Shown: positions 61,755 to 64,000 of the stretch, one piece after another
Layout: every line of letters begins with the position of its first letter
How positions within the stretch are numbered: position 1 is the first letter of the stretch
Virus record (IMG/VR): IMGVR_UViG_3300045988_137032
Coordinates: 64,001-128,000 of that record
DNA: 64,000 nt
Reading direction: 5' to 3' (one strand)
From: a virus
Position numbers and translations under genes: made by a program
Notes under the pieces: generated by a model
What the model was told of the DNA's origin: nothing
The model's input: the letters and a program-made list of their open reading frames with translations, nothing else
Databases searched by the model: none

Positions 61755-62042
61755 TTAAAGGTTTCTTATTTCAACCCATACGGAAATCACTTCAGACGTA
61801 CTGGGTTCTTTTCCGTGATACACCATATCATGATAAATACACATCTTGTCATCATTTACTTTGTATTCAGAGAATTCAAAGTCTTTATGCTCAAGATGTG
61901 TATTATTTTCTTCATTGAGATTCAGTGTATCACAAATCTCATGAAGTGTATTGAGGGCTTGATCTTTTGAATAATACAGAGGATCATACAAATGATGGAT
62001 TCTGTCAGGATAATACCCTGATACGATAGCATAAACTTTCAT
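61755..62042 (-). CDS. small protein, MKVYAI-type family
   Basis: RBS GAGG; MKVYAIVSGYYPDRIHHLYDPLYYSKDQALNTLHEI. Confidence 0.75.
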   Translation of the reverse strand: MKVYAIVSGYYPDRIHHLYDPLYYSKDQALNTLHEICDTLNLNEENNTHLEHKDFEFSEYKVNDDKMCIYHDMVYHGKEPSTSEVISVWVEIRNL

Positions 62043-62054
62043 AATTAAACCTCA

Positions 62055-62339
62055 TCATTCTTTAGTAAATTCTGATGTATTTTCTGTATACATTTCTTTT
62101 GCAAATGCACTAATATTCGGTTCCTTAGAATCTTTCCAGGTTTCAATAACAGAAAGATCCTCTTCATCAACTGTGTAATACACATGACCATTTTCAACAG
62201 AAATAAGCTGTGACAGTGCGTTCTTTATTTCGTTAAGACGAGAAATACAGCTTTCTTTCGTTGTATAAACCATATCCTCTATCCGAGCAATATTCTTATA
62301 AGGCCCACCATAGGTATGGCAGATAGCATAAACTTTCAT
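62055..62339 (-). CDS. small protein, MKVYAI-type family
   Basis: RBS GAGGT; MKVYAICHTYGGPYKNIARIEDMVYTTKESCISRLNEI. Confidence 0.75.
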   Translation of the reverse strand: MKVYAICHTYGGPYKNIARIEDMVYTTKESCISRLNEIKNALSQLISVENGHVYYTVDEEDLSVIETWKDSKEPNISAFAKEMYTENTSEFTKE

Positions 62340-62341
62340 AA

Positions 62342-62617
62342 TTAGTTTACCTCAAATTCACGAATATATGCTACAATAATATTATGCTTAAGCTTAGGAT
62401 AATCTTTATATTTTATTGGGTAAAATATCGTCTCGGCCTTTTCATCAACTTCATACGGCTCATGTAATTCAGCAGCCGGTATACGAACCATTCCTTCATT
62501 ATACTGATTGCAAAGTTCATGAAGACGATCAATTGCTTTATCATGATCAAAATGGAATGATTTTATCTCAGGACCATTATTATTAATCAAACTAACTACA
62601 AAATAAACTTTCGTCAC
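62342..62617 (-). CDS. small protein, MKVYAI-type family, first gene of the array
   Basis: RBS GAAAGGA. A GTG start at 62617 gives MTKVYFVVSL...FDHDKAIDRLHEL. The ORF-track start at 62626 is an alternative. Confidence 0.7.
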   Translation of the reverse strand: MTKVYFVVSLINNNGPEIKSFHFDHDKAIDRLHELCNQYNEGMVRIPAAELHEPYEVDEKAETIFYPIKYKDYPKLKHNIIVAYIREFEVN

Positions 62618-62658
62618 GGTAAACACATCCTTTCATATTTAACCGTCTACTATGATAT

Positions 62659-62712
62659 GAAAAAATAAGCACACAAGCCGGATATAAAATCACAGCTTGT
62701 GTGCTTATTTTT
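62659..62712. terminator. hairpin terminator downstream of the tail-fibre gene
   Basis: 15-bp stem AATAAGCACACAAGC / GCTTGTGTGCTTATT with T-runs on both strands. Confidence 0.8.
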
Positions 62713-62854
62713 GCATTTCTTAGTTAGTTATTAGATGACTTTGTTAAAAGATGATAAAGGGGTTTTTGTTATATTTTTTTTTTGAAAAATTTATTGATCC
62801 TAAATGACAAAAATCAATAAATTGTTAACAATTTAAACGTGCATAAAAGTATAA

Positions 62855-64000
62855 TCATTCTCCGTTACCATTCGCTGTAATAATGCTTGTATTACCGAAT
62901 CCAATTTCGATATTCCAGGAATTGCACCAATGAGATACAATTTCAATATTACCTGATGGAAGCATTTCGGTTTTATAATCATTTGGTCTAAAGCCCAAGT
63001 TGCCGGTAAAATCAATAACAAGCTCTGTATTCGGCTTAACTAAGAATGACTCCTCAATATCCGTAACACTAATAGATTTAATATCCCTCTCTGTAAAATT
63101 AACCGTTGAATGATCTGATGATATTCTTCCTTTCACATACACATTAGATTTATATGATTTCAATAGATTTACAATTGTACTATTTTTAAATTCATCGCCT
63201 ATATTAAAAGTAAATTTTACCGTATCGGATTTATATCCATTATAATAGTAACCACCATCACTATCAGTTTTTATTGTATACATGTCAGCAGCCAATCCCC
63301 AATGAGACCTAAAATAGTTCTCATTTTTTGAAAGTTTTACATTTTCGACTATAATAAATCTTTCTTGAGCTGTATATTGCCCGCTTTTTACAGTGATCAC
63401 AGTATCGACTGTATTGCCTGTAACTTCACTATACGACATATCGCCAGTGGACGAATTTACATTGACAACTGAATTATTCGAGCTATACGAAATCGGACTT
63501 GATTGCGTGCATGTATCAGGTGTCGGCTTATACCTCAGGGTGCATGATTGCGCAATGCCAGGAATATAATATACACCACCAAAGTTACCATAATAGTATG
63601 GCCATGAACCACTTACTTTAGCAATACCAGTCTGAGCAACGCCCATATTATTCAAGTCAAGAATCTGAGAGAAAGTCTTCCCTCCATATTTATATGCAGC
63701 ATTCGATCCAGGATTGTCTTTCACCATGATATAATTTAAAACCCACTGCAATGTACTATAGTGGTCATTTGCGGTAGATATTGCATCAAATTTTGATTTT
63801 AAAGAATTTACAGCATCCGATATCGTAGAATCTTTCTGATCAACTTCGAATTGTGTGTAATATCTATCATCATGATTATGTGCTTCAGGAGGATATGCGG
63901 TAGGCTTATTGGTCACATTAGACCACGATATACCATCGGATGTTGTTACGATTTTAAACCATTCGCCAAACGAATTCGTTGAATCGCCATGTGCTTGTTT
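62855..64000 (-). CDS. tail fibre protein, N-terminus outside the window
   Basis: The frame stays open to nt 64000; the GTG at 63916 is internal. SDGISWSNVTNKPTAYPPEAHNHDDRYYT is the W-x-N-[IV]-x-x-KP...H-x-H motif common in phage tail fibres. Confidence 0.7.
   Translation of the reverse strand, partial: KQAHGDSTNSFGEWFKIVTTSDGISWSNVTNKPTAYPPEAHNHDDRYYTQFEVDQKDSTISDAVNSLKSKFDAISTANDHYSTLQWVLNYIMVKDNPGSNAAYKYGGKTFSQILDLNNMGVAQTGIAKVSGSWPYYYGNFGGVYYIPGIAQSCTLRYKPTPDTCTQSSPISYSSNNSVVNVNSSTGDMSYSEVTGNTVDTVITVKSGQYTAQERFIIVENVKLSKNENYFRSHWGLAADMYTIKTDSDGGYYYNGYKSDTVKFTFNIGDEFKNSTIVNLLKSYKSNVYVKGRISSDHSTVNFTERDIKSISVTDIEESFLVKPNTELVIDFTGNLGFRPNDYKTEMLPSGNIEIVSHWCNSWNIEIGFGNTSIITANGNGE

Noticed and set aside
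62788-62823. The 11-bp hairpin AATTTATTGAT / ATCAATAAATT directly after the tail-fibre stop, read as its terminator.
   Set aside because: On the transcribed (minus) strand it is followed by an A-run rather than a T-run. The stronger hairpin with a T-run at 62659-62712 is the more likely terminator.
1-64000. Stop-codon reassignment (TAG or TGA recoding), as seen in some large gut phages.
   Set aside because: TAA, TAG (e.g. 56441-56443, 61421-61423) and TGA (e.g. 17532-17534, 49152-49154, 62855-62857) all terminate well-supported genes at sensible positions next to RBS/start or terminator signals. No gene looks split by an in-frame stop, apart from nrdD, which is explained by the intron.
1-64000. 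Signs of a prophage or integrative element (integrase, att repeats), a reverse transcriptase/DGR, or rRNA genes.
   Set aside because: I recognised no tyrosine or serine recombinase, RT (YxDD) or rRNA-like sequence in any frame. The repeats present are explained by promoters, terminators and gene duplications.

Overview
AT-rich, very gene-dense 64-kb stretch that reads as part of a jumbo-type (phiKZ/AR9-like) bacteriophage genome. The host is probably a low-GC Gram-positive anaerobe; this is inferred from strong AGGAGG-type RBSs, a SleB-type cell-wall hydrolase and an anaerobic class III ribonucleotide reductase. I call about 80 protein genes, 1 tRNA, about 30 hairpin terminators and three recurrent intergenic promoter-like motifs. 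All functional calls rest on motif recognition by eye; no searches were possible. Recognisable functions: four gene fragments of two different split multisubunit RNA polymerases (two beta-prime N-terminal halves, one beta C-terminal half, one long beta-like protein), DnaB-like helicase, FEN/5'-3' exonuclease, RNase HI, NrdD plus NrdG, gp25-like baseplate protein, a partial tail fibre, a SleB-like endolysin, a MazF-like protein and a sigma region-4-like protein. Main observations: (1) nrdD is interrupted twice, by a 332-aa intein at the PCMG/CRSFL loop and by a 312-nt ORF-less group I intron inside the RRTCG/Y glycyl-radical motif. (2) Two promoter-like motif classes partition the genes: ATATATTATA (with an ATATGTTATA variant in front of two RNAP-subunit operons) and AACA-N6-TA, which matches the late-promoter consensus I recall for phage AR9. 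(3) Three tandem cassettes each encode a stand-alone tail-fibre-knob-like domain ending in GRWK, and each is preceded by the same 42-nt element containing a perfect 11-3-11 palindrome. (4) Several lineage-specific paralog expansions are present: six coiled-coil/Gly-Ala-helix proteins, a 13-gene array of small MKVYAI-type proteins, and an SFxEAQxKYG repeat module. (5) One tRNA has anticodon UAA but a short variable loop. Most genes have no assignable function.
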